DNA of 64,000 nucleotides from Candidatus Daviesbacteria bacterium (GTDB lineage Bacteria; Patescibacteriota; Microgenomatia; Daviesbacterales; UBA10151): NCBI GenBank assembly GCA_016184225.1, contig JACPDA010000004.1, positions 538,763 to 602,762 of the forward strand, read 5' to 3'. Shown piece by piece: positions 9,225 to 18,824 of this stretch (position 1 is its first letter; each line of letters starts with the position of its first letter). The notes under the pieces were generated by a model. It saw only the letters and a program-made list of their open reading frames with translations, ran no database searches and was not told where the DNA came from. The position numbers and the translations under genes were made by a program.

Positions 9225-10835
9225 TTATTTACCGGCCTCGGTTAGCCCTTGAGTTGCTATTTGATTATTGGGATCAAATTGTAGGATTTCTGAAAAAATG
9301 GCTTTGGCCTTTTCTTTATCTCCGCTATTTAAGTAAACCACTCCTAAATTAATCCTTAAATTGAGGTTTCCGGGATTAATCTGAATGGCTTTTTGGAGGT
9401 TTTCTATAGCCAGGTCAAACTTTTTTTGCTGGAAATAAACAGCGGCAATGTTTTGATGGGATTGCCACAGATTAGGATTGAATTTAAGGGCGTTTTGGTA
9501 GCCTTCTAAGGCTTTGTCAGGCTGGCCCAGCTCCAGATAAGTATTGGCCAGGTTATGATGGGCATCCCCATAGTTGGGTTTTAACTCAATGGCCCGCTGG
9601 AATTCCCTAAGGGCTGCCTGTTTATCCCCAAGTCTTCCATAAACATCACCCAAATTGTTGTGGGTATTAGGGGATGAAGGGGAAGTCTTGCCGGTAGCTA
9701 TCCAAAGGTTATTCTCATTTTTCCAGTCAATATTGCGGGCTATGGTTCTCCCTGAAAGCAGGATAATTAAAAGAGCAAGAGCTACATACCCTGACTGTCT
9801 AAATTTGACAGAATTAGTAAGTTTTTCAAATCCCAGACCTAAAAGGACCAGGATTCCTAAAATCGGCAGGTATAAATACCGCTCTGCCACAATCCAATTC
9901 AGCCTAAATGGAGTAAGTGTTGGGGACAGGGCAATCAGGAAAAATGAGCCCCAGAAAAAGACAGCTTTGTTTTTAAAGAAAGCGAATACTGTTCCTATTA
10001 AGAAGGTTAATACCAATAGCGATCTGAAAGTAAACTGGATTGGTCCAAAATTGAGCTCCGAATGATACAGAGTCAGGATTTTAGGGAAAAAGATCAGTTC
10101 AAAGTAGGAGCTTATGGCGGTCGGGATGATCAAAAAGATATTGTCCACTCCTCCTTCCTGGTAATGGGTGGACTGCAGGGTGGTTTCCCGCTCCGGCAGG
10201 ACGCTTAGGGAAATCAGGACATAGGTGATGGATAAAAGCAGGAAGGGAATTGATTTAAGCCAATTTTTCTTTAAGCTGCCGAAGCAAAGCTCCCACAAGG
10301 GGAAGATTAAAAAGAGCGCTATAGGCATCTGGGGATGGGACATGAAAGCGAATAAGAAACTGATGATAGCCAGCCAGTAATAAATCTTTTTTTCTTTGGA
10401 AAGCAGGTATAAAACAAATGATAATAAAAAGAAGAAAGCATATTGGGGATAGGTGCCGCCGGAGATCCAAACTACAGCTTCTCCTATGGCCGGATGAACG
10501 GCAAAAATAGCGGCAACGAAGATAGCTAACCTTTTAGAGTATGTCAGGCTGAGCAGTGTATAAATTAAAAACACTACCCCGGCGTGGAAGAGGATATTAA
10601 TGGAGCGAAAAAACATCGGATTCAGTCCGCCAATGTGAAAGGCCAGCCAGTTTAAAATCAGCCGGATAAAGCCGGCAGGACGGCTGGAAATAGCATAACC
10701 AAGGTTGCCTACATTAGGGTTATTGACTATTTCGGCAATGTCATCAGACAAAAAAACATTATTAAAGGAATTGCCGTATGTCAGGAGGATCAGGATAAAT
10801 AGAAGCAAAAAGGCGGGCCAGTGTTTTTTGATCAC
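9225..10835 (-). CDS. TMTC-like membrane protein (DUF1736-type N-terminal domain + C-terminal TPR repeats)
   Basis: Multi-TM N-terminal domain (LSDDIAEIVNNPNV motif) followed by at least five TPR repeats (NLGDVYGRLGDKQAALREFQRAIELKPNY...). Same architecture as eukaryotic TMTC O-mannosyltransferases. Confidence 0.6.
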   Translation of the reverse strand: MIKKHWPAFLLLFILILLTYGNSFNNVFLSDDIAEIVNNPNVGNLGYAISSRPAGFIRLILNWLAFHIGGLNPMFFRSINILFHAGVVFLIYTLLSLTYSKRLAIFVAAIFAVHPAIGEAVVWISGGTYPQYAFFFLLSFVLYLLSKEKKIYYWLAIISFLFAFMSHPQMPIALFLIFPLWELCFGSLKKNWLKSIPFLLLSITYVLISLSVLPERETTLQSTHYQEGGVDNIFLIIPTAISSYFELIFFPKILTLYHSELNFGPIQFTFRSLLVLTFLIGTVFAFFKNKAVFFWGSFFLIALSPTLTPFRLNWIVAERYLYLPILGILVLLGLGFEKLTNSVKFRQSGYVALALLIILLSGRTIARNIDWKNENNLWIATGKTSPSSPNTHNNLGDVYGRLGDKQAALREFQRAIELKPNYGDAHHNLANTYLELGQPDKALEGYQNALKFNPNLWQSHQNIAAVYFQQKKFDLAIENLQKAIQINPGNLNLRINLGVVYLNSGDKEKAKAIFSEILQFDPNNQIATQGLTEAGK

Positions 10836-10853
10836 GCAAACCAGTATACTAAA

Positions 10854-11510
10854 TTAACGGGGGATTGTTAAGACCTGTCCGGGTTCAATCAGGTCAGGAT
10901 TACTGATGTTGTTGGCCTTTGCAATTTTGTCATAGGCAAAGATGTCTCCATAAGCCCTGGCAGATATGGTAGATAACCAATCACCCTCTACTACGGTATA
11001 TTTGTTGCCTTCAATTTTTGGGCCCCAAATAGTGGTATCACCGCCTCCGGTGCCAAGGGATTCCTCCGGTGAAGCAGTTGGCTGCGGTGAAGCTGCTGCC
11101 TGTTGGTTTTCCAGTTTGGGGATTTCAAGAACCTGACCTGTTTCTACCTGGTTTGGGTCTGTTAAATTATTTGCCTTGGCAATTTCAGTAAACTTGTACC
11201 CGTCCTTATAGTAGTTTTGGGCAATGGCAAACAAAGTATCGCCCTCTTTTACCGTATATCTTCCGGGAAGTTTATCCGGTGCGACATCTTTATCCTGTTC
11301 CTGTTTGGTCTGTTGTGCAGGGCCTAAACTGGCGTTATTCCGGTTGAAGTAGTTAAAGACTAGGATCCCCACCACCAAAATAATTAGGGCTCCCAGGACC
11401 ATACTGATCTTGGATTGGTTAGACTGCATATCCTTTTCCAGTCTTCCTAAGTAAGACCCATTGTCAGAAGAAGCTTTTCTTGTATTTGTAATAGAAGTTT
11501 TCCTTGCCAT
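10854..11510 (-). CDS. LysM domain-containing membrane-anchored protein (2 LysM)
   Basis: Two LysM motifs (YTVKEGDTLFAIAQ...IP and YTVVEGDWLSTISA...IP) after an N-terminal TM helix. Confidence 0.8.
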   Translation of the reverse strand: MARKTSITNTRKASSDNGSYLGRLEKDMQSNQSKISMVLGALIILVVGILVFNYFNRNNASLGPAQQTKQEQDKDVAPDKLPGRYTVKEGDTLFAIAQNYYKDGYKFTEIAKANNLTDPNQVETGQVLEIPKLENQQAAASPQPTASPEESLGTGGGDTTIWGPKIEGNKYTVVEGDWLSTISARAYGDIFAYDKIAKANNISNPDLIEPGQVLTIPR

Positions 11511-11600
11511 TTTTAAAAGCAGATTGGGAGGCAGTTTGAAACTAGCTCTTTTTAATCCAAATGAGCTAAATTGTCAAGAGGTCAAATGCGGGTAATCTAT

Positions 11601-11630
11601 CAATATAAAACTTTGCAACAATTAGGAATT
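11601..11630. repeat. Island repeat C, copy 1 (preceded by a degenerate A-tail aaatgcggg)
   Basis: caatataaaactttgcaacaattaggaatt, which recurs at 12285..12314. Confidence 0.7.
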
Positions 11631-12005
11631 GGTTTGGGCTGAATCTTCTCTTGGTAAAGGTATAGTGCGTATGTTACTCCAAATACCTCTCCTAGTGTTC
11701 ATTATAACTGGTACTGTTGCTCCTTTACCACCCAAGAAGTCTTTATTATCGCTATATGCTTCATCACATTCAACCTCTATTGCTCTATCATTCTCCACAG
11801 GTGTTGATTTGACAGTACCAGGAAGCCAGCCTTTTTTAGTTCTGACCTCAACTCTCATTCCTGGAGAGAACTCTTCCCAACCCGTTTCAAAATCATCCAT
11901 TCCTGGATCATTCCAGTGATGTAATCCGCGTGTGGCCTCTGCTAAGGGGTCTTCTACTCCATAGTTTTCCTGGATTTCTTTAGGTACTCCACCATCTTCA
12001 GCCAT
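11622..12005 (-). CDS. Hypothetical acidic protein (island cargo)
   Basis: 127-aa ORF with no recognised motif. Its 3' end overlaps repeat C. Confidence 0.3.
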   Translation of the reverse strand: MAEDGGVPKEIQENYGVEDPLAEATRGLHHWNDPGMDDFETGWEEFSPGMRVEVRTKKGWLPGTVKSTPVENDRAIEVECDEAYSDNKDFLGGKGATVPVIMNTRRGIWSNIRTIPLPREDSAQTNS

Positions 12006-12092
12006 AATGTATATATACCATTTATAATCTGCGGTTGCAAATAAAGTTGAATTAGTAAGGATTAGGTTGTTGTAATAGCTTTAACTAATAAT

Positions 12093-12239
12093 TGCGGGGC
12101 CGACGGGAATACACGTCTCACTTCGTGAGAACGAACAGTCTTGTCCCTCGAAGATTCGGAACGACGCACTCCGATTCCCTAGCCAGCCTCTAGATTTGAA
12201 AAATCCGCTGCAAGAGCGGATATTTTCGAAATCTGCGGG
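12093..12239. repeat. Island repeat A, copy 1 (18-nt tRNA-Asp 3'-end mimic plus a 123-nt body)
   Basis: tgcggggccgacgggaat followed by acacgtctcacttcgtgag...atctgcggg. Near-identical to 14046..14192. Confidence 0.8.
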
Positions 12240-12314
12240 CTTAAGACTTCAAATTTTGAACACCTATATCAGAGTTTAATATACCAATACAAAACTTTGC
12301 AACAATTAGGAATT
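12238..12314. repeat. Island repeat B copy 1, fused to repeat C copy 2
   Basis: ggcttaagacttcaaattttgaacacctatatcagagtttaatataccaatacaaaactttgcaacaattaggaatt. The B part recurs at 13194..13261 and the C part at 11601..11630. Confidence 0.8.
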
Positions 12315-12333
12315 TCATCCTAAATACAGCTTG

Positions 12334-12960
12334 CTATACTTTCTCTAAACTTGTTTTTAAAGCTTGGGCAAGAAGACTTTCTAACATAATAGAATCATAA
12401 TTATCTGCTGCCTGCATAGCTCCAACATATTTATCCCTATCTTTTCCTGTCTCAGCTTTGATAGTTATTATGGGGAATCCTAAATTAAGAAGCAGAAGGT
12501 TAGTGAGCAAACGAGCAACTCTACCGTTATAGTCATTAAATGGATGAATCCAGACAAAACGATGTTGAAACCAAGCTAAAAGTGATATAAGTTCTGCTAA
12601 GAATAGTTCCTCACTTTGAGTTGGAGATAAATGTTTTAGTCTTTCTGCAAGATCATCACAAAGATTTTGTACAAGTTCAGGAACTCTACTAAAATATGGC
12701 GGTTCATATTCTCCAACAGTTACATCAATCTTTCTAAATTTTCCTGCCCAATCCGGAAATATAAAGCCGAAGCCTTCTTTGTGAAGATCTAAAATGATTT
12801 GAGGAGATATTTTAACTCTTTTATTACTGAGTTTAATGATATGTTGTTGAGCCTTTTTAATGCCTTTAGCCTCAAGCTTAATAAGTTCTGAGCGTGGTAA
12901 TATTCCAAAAGCGGTTTCTTTAAAACTTGTTGTAGATTTAGGTTTAGTAGATTTAGCCAC
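12334..12960 (-). CDS. Fic/DOC family protein (candidate FicT toxin)
   Basis: Fic motif variant HPFNDYNGRVAR (canonical HPFx[DE]GNGRxxR with G replaced by Y). GTG start inferred by the ORF tracker. Confidence 0.6.
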   Translation of the reverse strand: MAKSTKPKSTTSFKETAFGILPRSELIKLEAKGIKKAQQHIIKLSNKRVKISPQIILDLHKEGFGFIFPDWAGKFRKIDVTVGEYEPPYFSRVPELVQNLCDDLAERLKHLSPTQSEELFLAELISLLAWFQHRFVWIHPFNDYNGRVARLLTNLLLLNLGFPIITIKAETGKDRDKYVGAMQAADNYDSIMLESLLAQALKTSLEKV

Positions 12961-12985
12961 AGCACAATTGTAGCACAGTGCTTAG

Positions 12986-13171
12986 CTAAAAAAGAGATCG
13001 TACCTGTTTTCGAGAAATCTTCTCCCCTTCAAGACGCATAGTATGATAAATATCTTCAGGAAGAAGACTGGTTACATCTGGCTTTTTACGCATATTAAGA
13101 TAGCGTTTCCTAAAAGTTTTAAACGCTTGAATAAGACCTATATTTTTATTTACTAATTGAATCCTAGTCAT
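12986..13171 (-). CDS. Small ORF upstream of Fic carrying the (S/T)xxxE(G/N) inhibitory-helix motif (candidate FicA antitoxin, or a split N-terminus of Fic)
   Basis: 61-aa ORF containing TMRLEG (TxxxEG), 25 nt upstream of the Fic gene in a different frame. Confidence 0.4.
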   Translation of the reverse strand: MTRIQLVNKNIGLIQAFKTFRKRYLNMRKKPDVTSLLPEDIYHTMRLEGEKISRKQVRSLF

Positions 13172-13193
13172 AAAGATATTATAGCATACTTAT

Positions 13194-13261
13194 GGCTTAA
13201 GACTTCAAATTTTGAACACCTATATCAGAGTTTAATATACCAATACAAAATTTTGCAACAA
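13194..13261. repeat. Island repeat B, copy 2
   Basis: Direct repeat of 12238..12305, with one mismatch over about 66 nt. Confidence 0.8.
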
Positions 13262-13290
13262 CTCAATATAAGATCAGATTATGGTATAGT

Positions 13291-14023
13291 TTGAACATGG
13301 ATGATGAGGTAAAGCTGGGATTAGGCACAAAAGAAGTTGGCAATCCTGAGCCAGTTGATTATGGTAAAATTCTTGGAAATAATAGAGTTTTGTTCATCAA
13401 CGATAGCCACACCTCTCTTACAGACAAAGAAGCATTTAAAAAAGCTCTAGAGGAATTATCTAAGCTGGGTATTACTGATCTTGCTTTAGAAATGTTACCA
13501 AAAGGCTTTGATACTACAGATCCAGAAAAAGTAAGGCAATATTTACAGGATTATTGGGATGACAAGGGTCCTGGGGATGGGAGATAAATATTTTGAAATT
13601 TACTCTTTAGCTAAATCATTAGGGATGAATATACACGGATTAGATATTTCTAATGAGGAATATCTAGCCTCTAGTCAGTCAGCTACATTTGGTAAAAGGA
13701 ATAGACAGTGGGCGGAAATTCTAAAAAATAGATTAGAAGACAATCCAAATACAAAGGTAGTCGTCTTTTGTGGTGGATCACACTCAGGATATTATCCAGC
13801 TAGAGATAGAGCAAATAATATACTTGAAGCTTTAGGTTATCAATCAAGCTGTGCTTCATATTTTGGAGGAGATAATAATTTTCCGATTACAGATGGGGAT
13901 AAATTAATACAGGGTTTAATAAAATCAGGTGACCAGAAAGCTGGTTTTATGGTAGAGTTTAGGTCACCACGCAGACCAGCAGATTATATAATCTCCCCAG
14001 GCGACTCAATTGTCGCTAAATAG
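13291..14023 (+). pseudogene. TIKI/TraB/erythromycin-esterase-like family gene, apparently frameshifted (ORFs 13291..13587 and 13559..14023)
   Basis: RVLFINDSHTSLTDKEAFKKALEELSKLGITDLALE resembles the N-terminal motif of that superfamily, and VVVFCGGSHSGY a later motif. The two ORFs overlap by 29 nt in different frames. Confidence 0.3.
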
Positions 14024-14045
14024 GATTTGAACACTTTTTGTGCCT

Positions 14046-14192
14046 ATGCGGGGCCGACGGGAATACACGTCTCACTTCGTGAGAACGAACAGTCTTGTCC
14101 CTCGAAGACTCGGAACGACGCACTCCGATTCCCTAGCCAGCCTCTAGATTTGAAAAATCCGCTGCAAGAGCGGATATTTTCGAAATCTGCGG
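14046..14192. repeat. Island repeat A, copy 2 (abuts the tRNA-Asp 3' end)
   Basis: The 18-nt tgcggggccgacgggaat occurs at 14046 and again at 14188 as the true tRNA 3' end, bracketing the 123-nt A body. Confidence 0.8.
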
Positions 14193-14262
14193 GGCCGACG
14201 GGAATCGAACCCGCTATCTTCTCCGTGACAGGGAGACGTGATGACCGGTTCACTACGGCCCC
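14190..14262 (-). tRNA. tRNA-Asp (anticodon GTC)
   Basis: Reverse complement GGGGCCGTAGTGAACCGGTCATCACGTCTCCCTGTCACGGAGAAGATAGCGGGTTCGATTCCCGTCGGCCCCG. Anticodon loop CTGTCAC, discriminator G. Confidence 0.8.
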
Positions 14263-14296
14263 ATAAGACTTAAGAGTATTTTAACAGAGAAACTGT

Positions 14297-16108
14297 GTGT
14301 ATTCAATTTGCAAAAGATGGTATATTGAGTTTGTGGAAATCTCTAATGCTAAGGTTGCTAAAATCCTCAGGAATGTAGCTGCGGCTTATTCCCTCAAAAA
14401 GATTGGTAATATTTTCCAGATTCGTGCCTATGAGAATGCTGCAGATAGCATAGAACAATCTAATGCCGAAGTTCTTGACCTATGGCAGGAAGGTAGGCTC
14501 CCGGAAATTCCCAACTTGGGGACAAAGCTTCAAGAGTATTTAAACGAATTATTTACCACCGGTAAAGTCAGGCATTTTGAAGCGGTGCAAAAGGGGGTAC
14601 TGCCGGTTATATTTGAACTTCTAGATATTCCGGGGGTAGGTCCCCAAACAGCCATGAAATTGGCAAAATTAGGCATTAAGCACATAGAGGATCTAAAAAG
14701 CGGGATTAAATCAGGGGCATTAGTTGAAAAAGGTTTTTCAGCTAAGGTTGCAAGAAGAATTATGGATGGCATTTTAGAATTATCAAGCAGGCAGGGCAGG
14801 ATGCTGCTGCCGTACGCGGCCGTACAGGCAGATAAGATTTTAAATTATTTAAAGAAAAGCCCGGAAATACTACAGGTATACCCATTAGGGTCCTTACGAA
14901 GAATGGTGGCAACTGTGGGAGATTTAGACTTTTCCGTCAGCTCGAACAAGCCTGGGGCGGTTGTTGAATACTTTTGTAGGATGCCGGGAGTAGCCCGGGT
15001 GGTTGACCAGGGTGAAAACAAGGCTACAGTGGTTCTTAAGGGGGGTTTCCAGGCGGATTTATTAGTTGGGAAGCCGGATAGTTTCGGGGCGCTTTTGCAG
15101 CACTTTACAGGCTCTAAAGCCCACAATATTAAGCTGAGGACTCTGGCGAACAAAAATGGGCTTTCTTTATCCGAATATGGAATAAGGAAAGTGACTAGAG
15201 TCAAGAGTCTAGAGTCAAAAGAAGAATTAATAAAAACAGAGACAGAAGAGGAATTGTATGGACTTTTAGGGATGCAGGCTCCCCCGCCGGAGATAAGGGA
15301 AGATACCGGAGAAATTGAGGCTGCCCTGGAACACAAACTGCCACATCTGGTGGAGCTAAAAGACATTAAAGGCGACTTGCATACTCATTCAAGTTTTCCT
15401 TTTCCTCATCCTTCCCATGGCCCTGGTGCAAATCCTATTGAAGAAATAGTGGAGAGAGCAAAAGATTTAAAGTATGAATTTATCGGGATTGCAGATCATC
15501 CGCCTGGCTTTACTTCGCTCTCAGCATCGCAGATTGTTGAAGCACTTGTAAAGAGGACAAAATTTATTCAATCATTAAATTCGAGGACAAATGGTATTCG
15601 AGTATTAAATGGCCTCGAAGTAGATATACTTGGGGATGGATCATTGAGTGTGCCTGATGAGGCGTTGGAGACTCTTGATTACTGTATTGCCGGTATTCAC
15701 TCCGGCCACAGGGGTTCTAAGGAAGAGATCACTAAAAGATTGCTATCAGCTTTAGAAAATCCTTATGTAGATATAATTTCCCACCCTACCAATAGGTTAC
15801 TTAACGAGCGGGAGTCATCTGATGCTGATTGGGAAGAGATTTTTAAAGTTGTTGCTGAAAATCACAAAGTTTTGGAGATTAATGCATACCCCAACAGGTT
15901 AGATTTAAGAGATGATCTGGTCAGGGAGGCGTTGAAGTTTGGAGTCAAGTTTATTATAAATACTGATAGCCATGAGGTTTCTCAGATGGAAAACATGCGG
16001 TTTGGGGTGGCAGTAGCGCGTCGGGGCTGGGCAGAAAAAAAAGATGTAGTTAATACCTGGGACTGGACAGACTTTGCCAAATGGTTTAAACTGACAAAGA
16101 AGAGATGA
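14297..16108 (+). CDS. polX: DNA polymerase X family protein with C-terminal PHP domain (PolX)
   Basis: Pol-beta nucleotidyltransferase motif [11 protein letters not shown], HhH regions, and PHP motifs DLHTHSSF...ADHPP. Carries an in-frame GAGTC-repeat segment at 15194..15222 ([10 protein letters not shown]). Confidence 0.75.
   Translation: MYSICKRWYIEFVEISNAKVAKILRNVAAAYSLKKIGNIFQIRAYENAADSIEQSNAEVLDLWQEGRLPEIPNLGTKLQEYLNELFTTGKVRHFEAVQKGVLPVIFELLDIPGVGPQTAMKLAKLGIKHIEDLKSGIKSGALVEKGFSAKVARRIMDGILELSSRQGRMLLPYAAVQADKILNYLKKSPEILQVYPLGSLRRMVATVGDLDFSVSSNKPGAVVEYFCRMPGVARVVDQGENKATVVLKGGFQADLLVGKPDSFGALLQHFTGSKAHNIKLRTLANKNGLSLSEYGIRKVTRVKSLESKEELIKTETEEELYGLLGMQAPPPEIREDTGEIEAALEHKLPHLVELKDIKGDLHTHSSFPFPHPSHGPGANPIEEIVERAKDLKYEFIGIADHPPGFTSLSASQIVEALVKRTKFIQSLNSRTNGIRVLNGLEVDILGDGSLSVPDEALETLDYCIAGIHSGHRGSKEEITKRLLSALENPYVDIISHPTNRLLNERESSDADWEEIFKVVAENHKVLEINAYPNRLDLRDDLVREALKFGVKFIINTDSHEVSQMENMRFGVAVARRGWAEKKDVVNTWDWTDFAKWFKLTKKR
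15194..15222. repeat. GAGTC/CTAG-rich repeat element, copy inside polX
   Basis: gactagagtcaagagtctagagtcaaaag. Confidence 0.7.
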
Positions 16109-16653
16109 TCACATATATCATAATCGGAGCAGTAGTTTTAATAGTTTTGTGGTTGCTTGCCACATACAATGGCCTAGTAACCTTGCGGAATCGGGTTCGG
16201 GAAGCCTGGTCGCAAATTGATGTTCAACTCAAAAGAAGATCTTCTTTAATCCCCAACCTGGTGGAAGCTGTTAAAGGCTATACCAAGCATGAAAAAGGGG
16301 TATTGGAAGAGGTAACTAAGGCCAGAACTTCTTTAATGGGGGCTAAGGACCCGCACCAGGCAGCTGAAGCCAATAATATGCTGACTGATGCCTTAAAAAG
16401 CCTTTTTGCTGTAGCTGAGAATTATCCACAACTTAAGGCTTCTGAAAATTTTAAACAACTCCAGGATGAGCTATCTGATACGGAAACAAAAGTGGCGGCC
16501 TCCAGGCAGTTTTATAACACTAATGTAATGGACCTAAATAATAACTTGGAAACCATTCCTTCAGCCTGGGTAGGCCAAATGTTTGGCTTCCAAAAGGAAG
16601 AATTCTTCAAAGCTACTGAGGAAGAAAAAGCTGATATAAAGGTAAAATTTTAA
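16105..16653 (+). CDS. lemA: LemA family protein
   Basis: N-terminal TM helix and the LemA signature [22 protein letters not shown]. Confidence 0.75.
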   Translation: MITYIIIGAVVLIVLWLLATYNGLVTLRNRVREAWSQIDVQLKRRSSLIPNLVEAVKGYTKHEKGVLEEVTKARTSLMGAKDPHQAAEANNMLTDALKSLFAVAENYPQLKASENFKQLQDELSDTETKVAASRQFYNTNVMDLNNNLETIPSAWVGQMFGFQKEEFFKATEEEKADIKVKF

Positions 16654-16852
16654 TTTCTTCAGGAAATCAGCTCGTCACAGTACAAAAAATCGCTCACACG
16701 CTAGTGTCGTTGATCGCTTGTGAGCATTTTGTGTCTAATATGTTCTCGAATCATTAAGGTATTCAGCACAAAATCCTCAACATTTTTTGTTTACCTGTGA
16801 CTTCGCTGCTTTTAGTGCAAAGGTGTACAGAAAGTAGTAGAATAAGCTCGCT

Positions 16853-17776
16853 ATGGCAACGATAAATACAGCTTGGGATCATGTTTCACAAAATCTGTTT
16901 AAGACATGGGTAATCATGTTTTTCTTTTCCGCCTTTACAGTAGGGGTAATTTATGTTATTGCCCAGGGGTTTGGATACGGGGAAGTGGGAGGTTTAGGGT
17001 TAACAGGAATAGCTTTAATTATGGCCGGAATAATGAATTTTGTTTCCTATTTTTGGTCGGATAAAATTGTCTTAGGCATTTCCGGTGCCAAACCAATCCA
17101 GAAAAAGGATAACCCCGAGCTTTACCGCCTGGTAGAAAACTTATGTATTGCAGCCGGATTGCCTTTGCCAAAAATTTATGTAATTGATGATACGGCCACT
17201 AATGCCTTTGCTACGGGAAGAGATCCCAAACATGCAGCAATAGCTTTTACCAAAGGGATTTTGCAGAAATTAAATAAACAGGAATTGGAAGGAGTAACAG
17301 CCCATGAGCTGTCACATGTCGGCAACAGGGATACACTGCTTATGAGTGTAGTTTCTGTTTTAGTGGGTACTATAGCCTTGCTTGCAGACTTTTTTATGAG
17401 GAGTCTGTGGTATGGGGGGAGGGACCGGGATAGCAGGGGGAATACTATATTTTTGGTACTGGCTATTGTGGCGGCAATACTGGCTCCCATTGTGGCAACA
17501 CTAATACAGTTGGCAGTTTCGAGACGTAGGGAGCTTTTAGCAGATGCTTCCGGGGTATTGCTAACCCGGTATCCGGAAGGGTTGGCCAGTGCTTTGCTTA
17601 AGATATCGACAGATAAAGAGCCGCTGGAAGTGGCAAATAGGGGCACGGCACATTTGTACATAGCAAATCCTCTTAAGGGTCAGGAAGCAAAAGCATGGCT
17701 GGCGGGACTTTTTAATACCCATCCTCCGATAGAAGTTCGGGTCAAAGCCCTGCGTGAGATGGAAGGCAGAGTTTAA
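16853..17776 (+). CDS. htpX: Zinc metalloprotease HtpX (M48 family)
   Basis: HELSHV (HExxH) zinc motif, four TM segments, typical HtpX layout. Confidence 0.75.
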   Translation: MATINTAWDHVSQNLFKTWVIMFFFSAFTVGVIYVIAQGFGYGEVGGLGLTGIALIMAGIMNFVSYFWSDKIVLGISGAKPIQKKDNPELYRLVENLCIAAGLPLPKIYVIDDTATNAFATGRDPKHAAIAFTKGILQKLNKQELEGVTAHELSHVGNRDTLLMSVVSVLVGTIALLADFFMRSLWYGGRDRDSRGNTIFLVLAIVAAILAPIVATLIQLAVSRRRELLADASGVLLTRYPEGLASALLKISTDKEPLEVANRGTAHLYIANPLKGQEAKAWLAGLFNTHPPIEVRVKALREMEGRV

Positions 17777-17788
17777 CTCCAAGATCTC

Positions 17789-18748
17789 ATGTTAATTGAT
17801 GAAGTAGAAATTACGCTAAAAGCCGGGCACGGCGGGCCGGGCAGGGTTTCTTTTAATCCCGGTAAAAAAAGCGGACCAAATGGGGGAAACGGCGGTAAAG
17901 GCGGGGATATTTATGTCAGTGTTACTTCAGATCTTCGGGCTCTGAACCAATTTTCCAAGACAAAATTAAGTGAGGCGGAAAACGGGCAAATGGGAGGTAA
18001 TTTTCAAAAATCAGGCAGGGATGGGAAAGACCTGGAAATAATATTACCTCTTGGAACTGAGCTAACAGATTTAAAAACAGGAGAGAAAATGATCCTTGAT
18101 GATTTAAATTTCCGGATTTTAATTTGTAAAGGGGGATTGGGAGGTAGGGGCAATTTTGAAATGAGGTCTTCCAAGATGACAACCCCGATGTATGCCCAAA
18201 AAGGCTTATCCGGAGAAGAGAGATTTTTCAAAGTGGAGCTAAAATTTATTGCCGACTTTGGACTTATTGGTTTACCAAATGCCGGCAAAAGCAGCCTGTT
18301 AAATGAGCTGACTGCAGCTAATGCTAAAATCGCAGATTACCCTTTCACTACATTGGAACCTAATTTAGGGGTAATTAAAAGCCTGCCTGCCGGTAGGCAG
18401 GTTATTGCTGATATTCCGGGTTTGATAGAAGGGGCTGCGGAAGGCAAGGGTTTAGGGATAAAGTTTCTAAAACATATTGAGAAAGTTAAATTATTGCTAC
18501 ATGTTGTCCCGGCAGATTCGGAAAATATCGTAAAGAATTATCAAGTAGTCAGAAAAGAGTTAGAAAAATACAATCCGGAATTAATTGAAAAGCCGGAAAT
18601 GATAATTTTAACTAAGACTGATTTGGTAGATAAAAAACAAGTAAAAGAAAAGATTAACAAGTTGAAAAAGTTCAAGAAAAAAGTACTTCCTGTCTCAATC
18701 CATGATTGGGATAGTTTAAAAGAATTGGAAGAATCTCTGGTAAAGTAA
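17789..18748 (+). CDS. obg: GTPase Obg
   Basis: Gly-rich Obg fold (GGNGGKGGDIY) and G-domain motifs GLPNAGKSSLL and DIPGLIEGA. Confidence 0.85.
   Translation: MLIDEVEITLKAGHGGPGRVSFNPGKKSGPNGGNGGKGGDIYVSVTSDLRALNQFSKTKLSEAENGQMGGNFQKSGRDGKDLEIILPLGTELTDLKTGEKMILDDLNFRILICKGGLGGRGNFEMRSSKMTTPMYAQKGLSGEERFFKVELKFIADFGLIGLPNAGKSSLLNELTAANAKIADYPFTTLEPNLGVIKSLPAGRQVIADIPGLIEGAAEGKGLGIKFLKHIEKVKLLLHVVPADSENIVKNYQVVRKELEKYNPELIEKPEMIILTKTDLVDKKQVKEKINKLKKFKKKVLPVSIHDWDSLKELEESLVK
18676..18748. repeat. obg 3'-end segment, copy 1 of a direct repeat
   Basis: About 85 percent identical to 19139..19210. Both encode ...KKV(L/I)PVSIHDWD(S/T)LKELE(E/R)SL(V)K*. Confidence 0.7.
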
Positions 18749-18824
18749 AATACGCAAAATAAGTTATTGATTGATATACAAAATCTATCTTGTTTTTTAT
18801 CTTAAATAGAGTTAAGTTAATATC

